A stretch of 27,714 nucleotides of DNA from a virus. Taxonomy: Duplodnaviria > Caudoviricetes. The first letter of the stretch is position 1, and the number at the start of each line of letters is the position of its first letter. The stretch covers positions 1 to 27,714 of the IMG/VR virus record IMGVR_UViG_3300023314_000009; one strand, given 5' to 3'. The notes beneath the pieces were generated by a model, which had not been told where the DNA came from, ran no database searches, and saw only the letters and a list, made by a program, of their open reading frames with translations. The translations under genes were made by a program, and so were the position numbers. Below are positions 8,381-14,523 of this stretch, in pieces.

Positions 8381-8826
8381 GCTTTTTTAGCATTATTTTC
8401 ATTATTTTTTGAAATTATGTATAAAATCATACTAGTTGGAAAATTAAATTTTTTTGCAATATTATCTATAGCTTCTCCAGCATCTAATTTAGAGAGTATT
8501 AGATTAATCCTATCTACAGGAATAGACTTATATAAAGACCATCTATTGACGATAGTGCCTAGATTATTATTTCTACTATACTCCAAATTATAGGCAGCAT
8601 TGTTAGACTTATCTCCATCTAGATGTATAATCGTGTGGCTGCCTTTATATGGACCTATAAAAGCTTCTGCAACAAGCTTAGAAACACTTCTTCTACGATT
8701 TTTACCAATATTTACAAAATAATTTCCACCATCTCCTTTTTTTGTAACTACTTGATTACCTTGGTAATCTTCTATAGTTCCCTCGAAAGTTACATATAAA
8801 TCTGCACCAAATATCTTCTTTTTCAT
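8377..8826 (-). CDS. NUMOD4/HNH-like protein with C-terminal HTH, possibly degenerate nuclease
   Basis: LVAEAFIG...IIHLDGDKSNNAAYNLEY, then G....IAKKFNF....I..I helix-turn-helix. Confidence 0.75.
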   Translation of the reverse strand: MKKKIFGADLYVTFEGTIEDYQGNQVVTKKGDGGNYFVNIGKNRRRSVSKLVAEAFIGPYKGSHTIIHLDGDKSNNAAYNLEYSRNNNLGTIVNRWSLYKSIPVDRINLILSKLDAGEAIDNIAKKFNFPTSMILYIISKNNENNAKKA

Positions 8827-8836
8827 AATTTACCCC

Positions 8837-8866
8837 TTGACAGATGCTATATACCCGTGTTATTAT
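8837..8866 (+). promoter_or_regulatory. sigma70-like promoter
   Basis: TTGACA-18 nt-TATTAT with TG at the extended -10 position. Confidence 0.6.
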
Positions 8867-8910
8867 TGCAGTATCCGCAGGATACATACACAGATATACT
8901 ACAGAGACAA

Positions 8911-8956
8911 CTTAAACATCTCTTACATATAGCTTAACACATATCTTACATTATAG
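8911..8956. repeat. Imperfect tandem repeat / CTTAM array with about 11-bp period
   Basis: CTTAAACATCTCTTACATATAG then CTTAACACATATCTTACATTATAG; CTTA(A/C) at 8911, 8922, 8933, 8945. Confidence 0.6.
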
Positions 8957-8998
8957 CAAGCCCTAAGGCTTGCTTAATTAACAAGTATGCTCTATAAT
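8955..8998 (+). promoter_or_regulatory. sigma70-like promoter overlapping a 20-bp inverted repeat
   Basis: TTGCTT(8970-75)-17-TATAAT(8993-98). AGCAAGCC-ctaa-GGCTTGCT at 8955-8974 covers the -35. A minus-strand TGcTATAAT also overlaps the left arm. Confidence 0.6.
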
Positions 8999-9027
8999 TA
9001 ACTTAGACACTACATAGGAGAATAACT

Positions 9028-9270
9028 ATGGACTTAACAAAGCTAGCTCAAGGCTTAATAGAAGGTGTAGGAGGCATTGTTTGTGATAGACATGTCGAAG
9101 GTACGGTGCTGGTGCTAGAGTCTCTTATAAATGCTATACATAACCAATGGCATGAACATCTAATGCAGGAAACAGAACATGAGCTATTATATTCTGACAT
9201 TCTCTGTGAATGCGGGAGATTATTAGAGATGAAGAGATACAAAGACTGTACAACTATAAAAAATATGTAA
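9028..9270 (+). CDS. Hypothetical protein
   Basis: AGGAG RBS; first gene of the plus-strand block. Confidence 0.7.
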   Translation: MDLTKLAQGLIEGVGGIVCDRHVEGTVLVLESLINAIHNQWHEHLMQETEHELLYSDILCECGRLLEMKRYKDCTTIKNM

Positions 9271-9274
9271 ACAA

Positions 9275-9320
9275 GTAGTGGGCGTTTCGTTCCTGTTATA
9301 TAAAAGCTTCGCCCACTGCC
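9275..9320 (+). other. Intergenic stem-loop
   Basis: GTAGTGGGCG...CGCCCACTGC, 10-bp stem with one G-U pair and a long loop; no U tail. Confidence 0.5.
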
Positions 9321-9328
9321 CCAACATT

Positions 9329-9344
9329 GTAAAGATATTGTAAA
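9329..9344 (+). promoter_or_regulatory. GTAAA-N6-GTAAA direct repeat (CpxR/OmpR-family-like box)
   Basis: GTAAA gatatt GTAAA, intergenic, abutting an RBS. Confidence 0.45.
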
Positions 9345-9354
9345 GGAGAGGACA

Positions 9355-9522
9355 ATGATATGTTATAAAGATAAGACATTCTGTGCATCTAAAGGTCCAC
9401 ATACATGTGGTAGAGAATTAACTAAAAAAGACAAAGAGAATGCTATAAAGCTAGGGCTGCCTATTTCAATGAGTAAGTTCTGTGAAGGAGAGCGTTATGT
9501 TCCACATCAAACAAGACATTAA
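9355..9522 (+). CDS. Small Cys-containing hypothetical protein, 55 aa
   Basis: Not in ORF track. MICYKDKTFCASKGPHTCGRELT...KFCEG...; AAGGAG RBS. Confidence 0.65.
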   Translation: MICYKDKTFCASKGPHTCGRELTKKDKENAIKLGLPISMSKFCEGERYVPHQTRH

Positions 9523-9700
9523 TATAGAAATTAGTTTAGAGAATGTAGACGGTAATGTTGTCCTTAAGATGAATGATTTAGAAATAGGCTGGTTTGACGA
9601 ACAAGGACTCAATCTTCTTCCTGACTGTAGCTATGGAGGAAAGATTCCTAAAACACTACTAGACAAGCAAGGATTTTTTAAAGTACTAAAAGCAACATAG
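9497..9700 (+). CDS. Hypothetical protein
   Basis: ORF track 9482..9700. ATG 9497 preferred because of the AAGGAG RBS. Confidence 0.65.
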   Translation: MFHIKQDINIEISLENVDGNVVLKMNDLEIGWFDEQGLNLLPDCSYGGKIPKTLLDKQGFFKVLKAT

Positions 9701-9708
9701 GAGAATAA

Positions 9709-9888
9709 ATGAACAAGACATTAGAAGACTTTGAGAACAGGGCTAGAGGACTGTTAAGGTTTATAGCTAATAGAGCTCACATTGACATAGCAGACAGGAG
9801 AATGGAGCTATTGTTCGATGAGAAGACATTGAATATTGTGGCCTCAGACCTATTAGAGATATACAAAGACGGCTGGGATAAATTGTGA
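9709..9888 (+). CDS. Hypothetical protein, 59 aa
   Basis: MNKTLEDFENRARGLLRF...; AGGAG RBS. Confidence 0.65.
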   Translation: MNKTLEDFENRARGLLRFIANRAHIDIADRRMELLFDEKTLNIVASDLLEIYKDGWDKL

Positions 9889-10046
9889 CAACAGATGGTA
9901 TAGAATTCTGGATTGAAAGAGACGAATACACTGTGCGTATTATGTCTTCAAATATGGGACAAGAACAATTAACAGAATTTGTTATATTTTCAGACGGAAC
10001 ATGGGTTAAGAGTGTTAACGGTAATATACAGGAGAAGTCTTTATGA
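9885..10046 (+). CDS. Hypothetical protein, 53 aa
   Basis: GTG start overlapping the previous TGA; (M)TTDGIEFWIERDEY... Confidence 0.55.
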   Translation: MTTDGIEFWIERDEYTVRIMSSNMGQEQLTEFVIFSDGTWVKSVNGNIQEKSL

Positions 10047-10192
10047 CTATAGAATATATTGTAATAGAATTGAAAGACGGGATTAGTTCTGTTGTGGCTC
10101 GCTGTGATACGCTACAAGAGGCTAGAGAACATTTAATTAATGACGAGAGTAGATATATTAATTGTATTAACCCTAACCAATTTAAGGACTAG
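10043..10192 (+). CDS. Hypothetical protein, 49 aa
   Basis: ATGA overlap, AGGAG RBS; MTIEYIVIELKDG... Confidence 0.6.
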   Translation: MTIEYIVIELKDGISSVVARCDTLQEAREHLINDESRYINCINPNQFKD

Positions 10193-10195
10193 ATT

Positions 10196-10390
10196 ATGCC
10201 CATATATGAATATGAATGTAGAGATTGTAATAAGATATATGAAATAATACATAGACACGACAGTCAGACAAAGATTGTATGTGAACAATGTTTAAATCCT
10301 GTAGAACGTCTAATGTCATTAGGGGGATTTCGTCTGAAAGGAGCAGGATGGACTTCTAAGCTTAACCTACCACCTCCTGAGGGAGAATGA
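10196..10390 (+). CDS. FmdB-family zinc-ribbon protein
   Basis: MPIYEYECRDC...CEQC...RLMS..GFRLKGAGW is the family signature. Confidence 0.9.
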   Translation: MPIYEYECRDCNKIYEIIHRHDSQTKIVCEQCLNPVERLMSLGGFRLKGAGWTSKLNLPPPEGE

Positions 10391-10393
10391 TAA

Positions 10394-10573
10394 ATGAAAG
10401 AATTTTTAAAATGTTTATTTAGAGTAAAAGAATATACAGGAACACGTCTTGTAATTGATATTAGTAAAACTGAGGGAAGACTGTATAAAAATAATGTTCT
10501 AATGGAAACTTATATTCTAGGATCTCGTCAAGGGGTTTATCTAGAATGGGACACTATAGTGGAATACACTTAA
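10394..10573 (+). CDS. Hypothetical protein, 59 aa
   Basis: MKEFLKCLFRVKEY...; GGAG RBS; last gene of the plus block. Confidence 0.6.
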   Translation: MKEFLKCLFRVKEYTGTRLVIDISKTEGRLYKNNVLMETYILGSRQGVYLEWDTIVEYT

Positions 10574-10628
10574 TAATTCCTTAAGTATTGCTTTTAAAAT
10601 ATTTCAACTACGACTTACATCTCAAACG

Positions 10629-10665
10629 CCCCACCGAATGATTCGGGGGGAACACCCCCACCCAC
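10629..10665. other. GC-rich inverted-repeat element at the convergent junction
   Basis: CCCCaCCGAA-tga-TTCGGGGGG overlapping GGGGG-aaca-CCCCC in an otherwise AT-rich genome. Confidence 0.5.
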
Positions 10666-10725
10666 TTAGATAGCCTTTAAAGCTCCATAGAAGCTCTACA
10701 CGAAGAGTTCATACACTAGCTAGTA

Positions 10726-10836
10726 CTACCATAGCTTCTTATCCATATCTCCCTCCTTAGAGGCTTTCTTTAGGCCATATATAAATCCATACGCAATGAG
10801 GCACAACAATGAGCCAACGATTAACACAGCAATCAT
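10726..10836 (-). CDS. 36-aa single-TM peptide
   Basis: MIAVLIVGSLLCLIAYGFIYGLKKASKEGDMDKKLW; AAGGAG RBS. Confidence 0.55.
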   Translation of the reverse strand: MIAVLIVGSLLCLIAYGFIYGLKKASKEGDMDKKLW

Positions 10837-10885
10837 GACGAATACTCCTTAAGTTATGTGACATAATTGTCAATAGATTCTAGTC

Positions 10886-10901
10886 TTTACACATTCTTTA
10901 C
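10886..10901 (-). promoter_or_regulatory. GTAAA-N6-GTAAA direct repeat (CpxR/OmpR-family-like box)
   Basis: Plus strand TTTAC acattc TTTAC, intergenic. Confidence 0.45.
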
Positions 10902-11046
10902 GAATTATGGGGAGATTTAGGTTGACAAGGCTCTCTTTCTCTGACATGTGTTAGCCCACATATACCACCATATATCTCCACCTAACTACTCACCATTCCA
11001 TACTCCATCAATCAACTCCATCTATCACTGTTGTATTATCGATAGA

Positions 11047-11241
11047 TTATCTCAATCTTATTCCAGTTAGTTTCTCTTCTAATGCCATCAATTGTCGCAT
11101 TATCTTATTCATCTTTTGAGCATACTTCTGATTACTTCTACTCTGCTTCCGCATCAAATCCACACTCTGTTTGATCAATTCCGAACGCTCTTCTAAGTAA
11201 TCTTGAGGAGATTTAATGGTAATCTTCACTTTTCTCTCCAT
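11047..11241 (-). CDS. Hypothetical helical protein
   Basis: 64 aa ORF, TAATG-coupled to the upstream gene. Confidence 0.65.
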   Translation of the reverse strand: MERKVKITIKSPQDYLEERSELIKQSVDLMRKQSRSNQKYAQKMNKIMRQLMALEEKLTGIRLR

Positions 11242-11390
11242 TATTTATGTGTTAATTCCCACAATGTTTCTTCTTCTAGTATATGTCTTTCTTGTCTTGC
11301 ACTATCTTCTTCTGCTTCTATCCTTTGCATATATGAATCAATCTTAAAATAAGCTATTAAGCTAACTATAAACATAATTGTGGTTAACAT
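11241..11390 (-). CDS. Small membrane-anchored protein
   Basis: ORF track start is 11432. ATG 11390 (MLTTIMFIVSLIAY) preferred for its GGAG RBS and because the promoter motif occupies 11416-11444. Confidence 0.6.
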   Translation of the reverse strand: MLTTIMFIVSLIAYFKIDSYMQRIEAEEDSARQERHILEEETLWELTHK

Positions 11391-11415
11391 GTTATTCTCC
11401 ATTTCTTTGTATATA

Positions 11416-11444
11416 TTAAGTATGGCATACATTCTGTATAATAG
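11416..11444 (-). promoter_or_regulatory. Repeated phage promoter/operator, copy 1
   Basis: Minus strand CTATTAT-N6-TGTATGCCATACTTAA; both blocks identical to 14524-14552. Confidence 0.7.
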
Positions 11445-11450
11445 CCATAT

Positions 11451-11729
11451 TTAAATGTTAAATATCTGTAAATATTTATTAACCACATCCCTAATACCAC
11501 TGTCTGTTGTCCTATCAATTCTCTTAACACCATATAATATATTACTATGTGTTCTCTCAAACAACCTCCCTATCTCTTCATACGTAAGGAATGTACATTC
11601 TCTTATTAGATAGTAGGCTATAGCTCTTGCCTCTGCCGTTCTTCCCATGTTAGGCCTTGCAATCAATGTCCCTCTAGAAAGCTCATATTCGTTCTCTATG
11701 CTGTCTATTATACTGTAGGCTATGTTCAT
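11451..11729 (-). CDS. Stand-alone DnaA C-terminal (domain IV) HTH protein
   Basis: AR.IAYYL.RE.T.LTYEEIG..F.R.HS.ILYGVKRI aligns with DnaA domain IV (PRQ.AM.L..ELT..SLP.IG..FGGRDHTTVLHA..KI). Confidence 0.85.
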   Translation of the reverse strand: MNIAYSIIDSIENEYELSRGTLIARPNMGRTAEARAIAYYLIRECTFLTYEEIGRLFERTHSNILYGVKRIDRTTDSGIRDVVNKYLQIFNI

Positions 11730-11869
11730 AAACCTCCGCTTTCAATGTCTTCTACAACACCTAATAGTTTCTCAATGAAGGCAGATTCTCTCTCCTCAAG
11801 AATAACTATTTTCTCTTGAAGCTCTGCCACCTTACTTATTAACTCATGTATAACTCTATCTTTATCCAT
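11726..11869 (-). CDS. Small coiled-coil protein, 47 aa
   Basis: MDKDRVIHELISKVAELQEK...; ATGA overlap with the next gene; GGAG-rich RBS. Confidence 0.6.
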   Translation of the reverse strand: MDKDRVIHELISKVAELQEKIVILEERESAFIEKLLGVVEDIESGGL

Positions 11870-12032
11870 TCTCCTTCTCCTCATCATGATCGTAGTCATT
11901 TCCACCTTTAATCTTTCCTATATATCCACTATAAGGAAGAAACGCTAAGAATGCTTGTGCTTCATACTCCGTATTAAATATATGTACAATTTGTCTTGAT
12001 GCTTCGTCGTACACAGCATATAAGTATTTCAT
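11862..12032 (-). CDS. Hypothetical protein, 56 aa
   Basis: MKYLYAVYDEASRQIVHIFNTEYEAQAFL...; GAGGAG RBS. Confidence 0.6.
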   Translation of the reverse strand: MKYLYAVYDEASRQIVHIFNTEYEAQAFLAFLPYSGYIGKIKGGNDYDHDEEKENG

Positions 12033-12044
12033 AATGTCTCTCCT

Positions 12045-12191
12045 CTATTTAACATTCTTTTTAAAGCCTGTAAATTCTAATGTGTCATTATTATATTGTG
12101 GTTCAAATCCATCCCTTAAATAATGATAGAAATCTTTCTTAGCTTTTAATTGTTTCCATTCTTTAAGCACTTCGTTTAATGAATATAACAT
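12045..12191 (-). CDS. Hypothetical protein, 48 aa
   Basis: MLYSLNEVLKEWKQL...; AAGGAG RBS; CTATACT 31 nt upstream. Confidence 0.6.
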   Translation of the reverse strand: MLYSLNEVLKEWKQLKAKKDFYHYLRDGFEPQYNNDTLEFTGFKKNVK

Positions 12192-12235
12192 TTTATTCTC
12201 CTTTAATTTCTCTCTTATTGTAAGTATAGAACAAG

Positions 12236-12256
12236 AAAAAGGGCTTGACGCCCTTT
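12236..12256 (-). terminator. Intrinsic terminator closing the M48 operon
   Basis: Minus strand AAAGGGC-gtcaa-GCCC-TTTTT. Confidence 0.7.
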
Positions 12257-12261
12257 AGAAT

Positions 12262-12277
12262 GTAAATAAAATGTAAA
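12262..12277 (+). promoter_or_regulatory. GTAAA-N6-GTAAA direct repeat (CpxR/OmpR-family-like box)
   Basis: GTAAA taaaat GTAAA, intergenic. Confidence 0.45.
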
Positions 12278-12278
12278 T

Positions 12279-12728
12279 TTAGCAGCCAAATCTTAGCCAA
12301 CGTAAATAATCTGCAGGATGTGTATCAGCATCTCCCTCGTTATTACGTCTCTTTAATAAAGCAGCTCCTCTACAAACATTGTAATGTGCATTACGCATAT
12401 AAACAGCTGCCTGCATATCTGCTGCGTATTCATGTGCGTAAGAACTATTTCTATGCTTTAGGTAGTGATGTCCTAATTCATGCCCTAGAACTCTTGCAAG
12501 CTCATCCTGGTTTCTAACAGTTCTTAGCATAGCTGTTGTTATTGATATACCATCCTCACCACTCCAAGCATTGGCGTCAGAAGAACGTACAATGTGTAAT
12601 CTTGGAGCATTGAGAAGGTTATTGTCTTTAACTAGCTTGTTATAAACTGTGTAAACCATCTTTATCGGATAACTATATGTAGAACACCACATTAAACATA
12701 ATGCAACAATTAAAGCCTTTTTAACCAT
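12279..12728 (-). CDS. M48-family Zn metallopeptidase B (signal peptide)
   Basis: MVKKALIVALCLMWCSTYS signal-like N-terminus; NAW, DELARVLGHELGH, EYAAD, THP..R. ORF track start is 12740. Confidence 0.88.
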   Translation of the reverse strand: MVKKALIVALCLMWCSTYSYPIKMVYTVYNKLVKDNNLLNAPRLHIVRSSDANAWSGEDGISITTAMLRTVRNQDELARVLGHELGHHYLKHRNSSYAHEYAADMQAAVYMRNAHYNVCRGAALLKRRNNEGDADTHPADYLRWLRFGC

Positions 12729-12730
12729 TA

Positions 12731-13273
12731 TTAATAGCACCCAACATTCAGTTCGTTATATCTATAACCATATGTTGGATGGTCAAAGCCTTGATAGTTA
12801 CCTTCTGTCTTCTCAAACCTATGCCATAGCTCTCTACCATTACACACACTATAACCAGCCTTAAGCATGTACAATGCCCCCATCTTATCTGCATTAGCTT
12901 CAGCAACAGATGTTGTTAGCTGATCTACGCTGAACTCAGGGTATGCAACATGTTTAAGCATGTCATGTGCTATCTCATGTGCAAGGACAAGAGCAAGTTC
13001 ATCATCATTCTGAACATAGTCTAACATACCACGATATATAACAACCTTTGTACCGTCAGTGTAGGCGTTGATTGTAGGGTTTTCTTCTAGTACCAAAACC
13101 GCACCGTCTTGTGTCTGCCCTGTTTGAGCTAATAACTTGTCGTATATCTTTTTAACATCCTCCTTAGAATATTTATGTTTAGGTGTGTTATAATATTCAT
13201 ATGTGAACACAGTTCCTAAATATGCTACAACAAAAACTATCACTAATATTATCAATTTACTTATAAACTTCAA
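12731..13273 (-). CDS. M48-family Zn metallopeptidase A (N-terminal membrane anchor)
   Basis: N-terminal TM; NAY, DDELALVLAHEIAH, EANAD, DHP...R; TTG start with AAGGAG RBS. Confidence 0.9.
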   Translation of the reverse strand: MKFISKLIILVIVFVVAYLGTVFTYEYYNTPKHKYSKEDVKKIYDKLLAQTGQTQDGAVLVLEENPTINAYTDGTKVVIYRGMLDYVQNDDELALVLAHEIAHDMLKHVAYPEFSVDQLTTSVAEANADKMGALYMLKAGYSVCNGRELWHRFEKTEGNYQGFDHPTYGYRYNELNVGCY

Positions 13274-13293
13274 ACAAATCTCCTTACGTTAAG

Positions 13294-13500
13294 TTAAACC
13301 TTCTTCCCACCGTCAAAATCATAAGTCAACCAATAATTTAAAGGTAAAGTTATAATTGTGTAGATAGAGCCTAGTACAAATTGCCGTAATGTCGGCATTT
13401 GATTTTGAATAATAAAAATTGTAAAAAAGAAACTCACCACCCACCAAAGTTTAGTTATTATCATGAATGATGTTTTAGGATATTTACTTATTAAGCTCAT
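13294..13500 (-). CDS. Small 2-TM membrane protein
   Basis: Two hydrophobic segments; ATGA-coupled. Confidence 0.65.
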   Translation of the reverse strand: MSLISKYPKTSFMIITKLWWVVSFFFTIFIIQNQMPTLRQFVLGSIYTIITLPLNYWLTYDFDGGKKV

Positions 13501-13712
13501 AACTTACTCCATTTCTTATAGGAATATATGTTTGTAAAGCAGTATATCACTGCCATAGTGGATATACCCATTTGACCACTACACATTCCTATGTAGAACA
13601 TAAGAACCTCAACTACTAAAAGTAATAGAAACCCCTCTCTTCTTCTATGTGCTAACAATATCATTGAAATTAATGCTAACACAGGGTATAACATATTAGC
13701 TATTAGGAGCAT
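13497..13712 (-). CDS. Small 3-TM membrane protein, half-PnuC-like
   Basis: Three hydrophobic segments, basic loop plus GF, C-terminal Y...NIY.Y..W. Confidence 0.5.
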   Translation of the reverse strand: MLLIANMLYPVLALISMILLAHRRREGFLLLLVVEVLMFYIGMCSGQMGISTMAVIYCFTNIYSYKKWSKL

Positions 13713-13714
13713 AA

Positions 13715-14236
13715 CTAACCTCCAATCCCTGTACTTCCGAAACCCGATGAGCCTCTCTGGGTGTTGTCGTTAAAATCTTCTACAATATTCCATTCAGTTT
13801 TTATAACTGGTATAAACATAAGCTGTGCTATCCTATCCCCAGCTTTTAGATTTATAATTTGCTCATGATTCCACTTTAAGTAGTTCATGTGCTGACCTGT
13901 AATAACTTCGTTTCTATTCCAAGCACTTATGATTAATTCACCTTGATAGTCTTCATCAATAAGTCCTATTGTGTTAGCGAGCACTAAGCCTTTAGTCCCT
14001 AAACCACTACGTGGTAGAATAAGACCAGCGATACCAGTGTTACTTCCAATCCATACAGCTAAACCTGTAGGTATCATTTTAGTTTCGCCTGGGTATATTG
14101 TAGCATCTTCTGTACAAACTAAATCTAATGCTGCCGAACCATCTGTCTGATAGCGCGGCAAACCGTTAGATTCTTGAGTGTAAAACTCTTTATTTAGTAT
14201 TTTTATATCAATCTTCATACCTAACCTCTTAGTCAT
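13715..14236 (-). CDS. dut: Trimeric dUTPase
   Basis: Motifs SAALDL, PRSGLG, GLIDEDYQGEL, GDRIAQL, RGSSGFGSTG. Start may be ATG 14218. Confidence 0.95.
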   Translation of the reverse strand: MTKRLGMKIDIKILNKEFYTQESNGLPRYQTDGSAALDLVCTEDATIYPGETKMIPTGLAVWIGSNTGIAGLILPRSGLGTKGLVLANTIGLIDEDYQGELIISAWNRNEVITGQHMNYLKWNHEQIINLKAGDRIAQLMFIPVIKTEWNIVEDFNDNTQRGSSGFGSTGIGG

Positions 14237-14495
14237 GAGCTACATCTGAGTCAATGTTATCTATAATGCCGTCTGGCCCTACATGAATATGATATTTCCA
14301 ACCATTCAAATTATCGTATATAACATCACTATAATTGTTTTGTGATGGTGTACCACAAGCGGATATCATTCTACTTATTGTATCACCTTCGTTAATAAGG
14401 TGTGTACCACAACGCATTCCTGCGTTGCTGTTAAAGCTGCAGCCTAATCCAATCACTAGTGCAACTACTGCTAATGTGTCTGATGCTCTAATCAT
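14229..14495 (-). CDS. Exported DUF2845-like protein
   Basis: Signal peptide followed by MRCGTHLI..GD.......CG.P. Confidence 0.7.
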   Translation of the reverse strand: MIRASDTLAVVALVIGLGCSFNSNAGMRCGTHLINEGDTISRMISACGTPSQNNYSDVIYDNLNGWKYHIHVGPDGIIDNIDSDVAHD

Positions 14496-14523
14496 TTTGT
14501 ATCTCCTAGTGTTTTCTTATACT

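Noticed and set aside
8911-8956. Mini CRISPR array
   Set aside because: Only two imperfect adjacent units with no spacers.
10739-10747. TTATCCATA, near-DnaA box
   Set aside because: Single 8/9 match inside a small ORF; I saw no cluster of boxes.
10922-10950. TTGACA on the plus strand
   Set aside because: No credible -10 at 16-18 nt.
12245-12272. Plus-strand TTGACG-16-TAAAAT antisense promoter into the M48 genes
   Set aside because: Short spacer, and both hexamers are explained by the terminator loop and the GTAAA box spacer. Not excluded, but unsupported.
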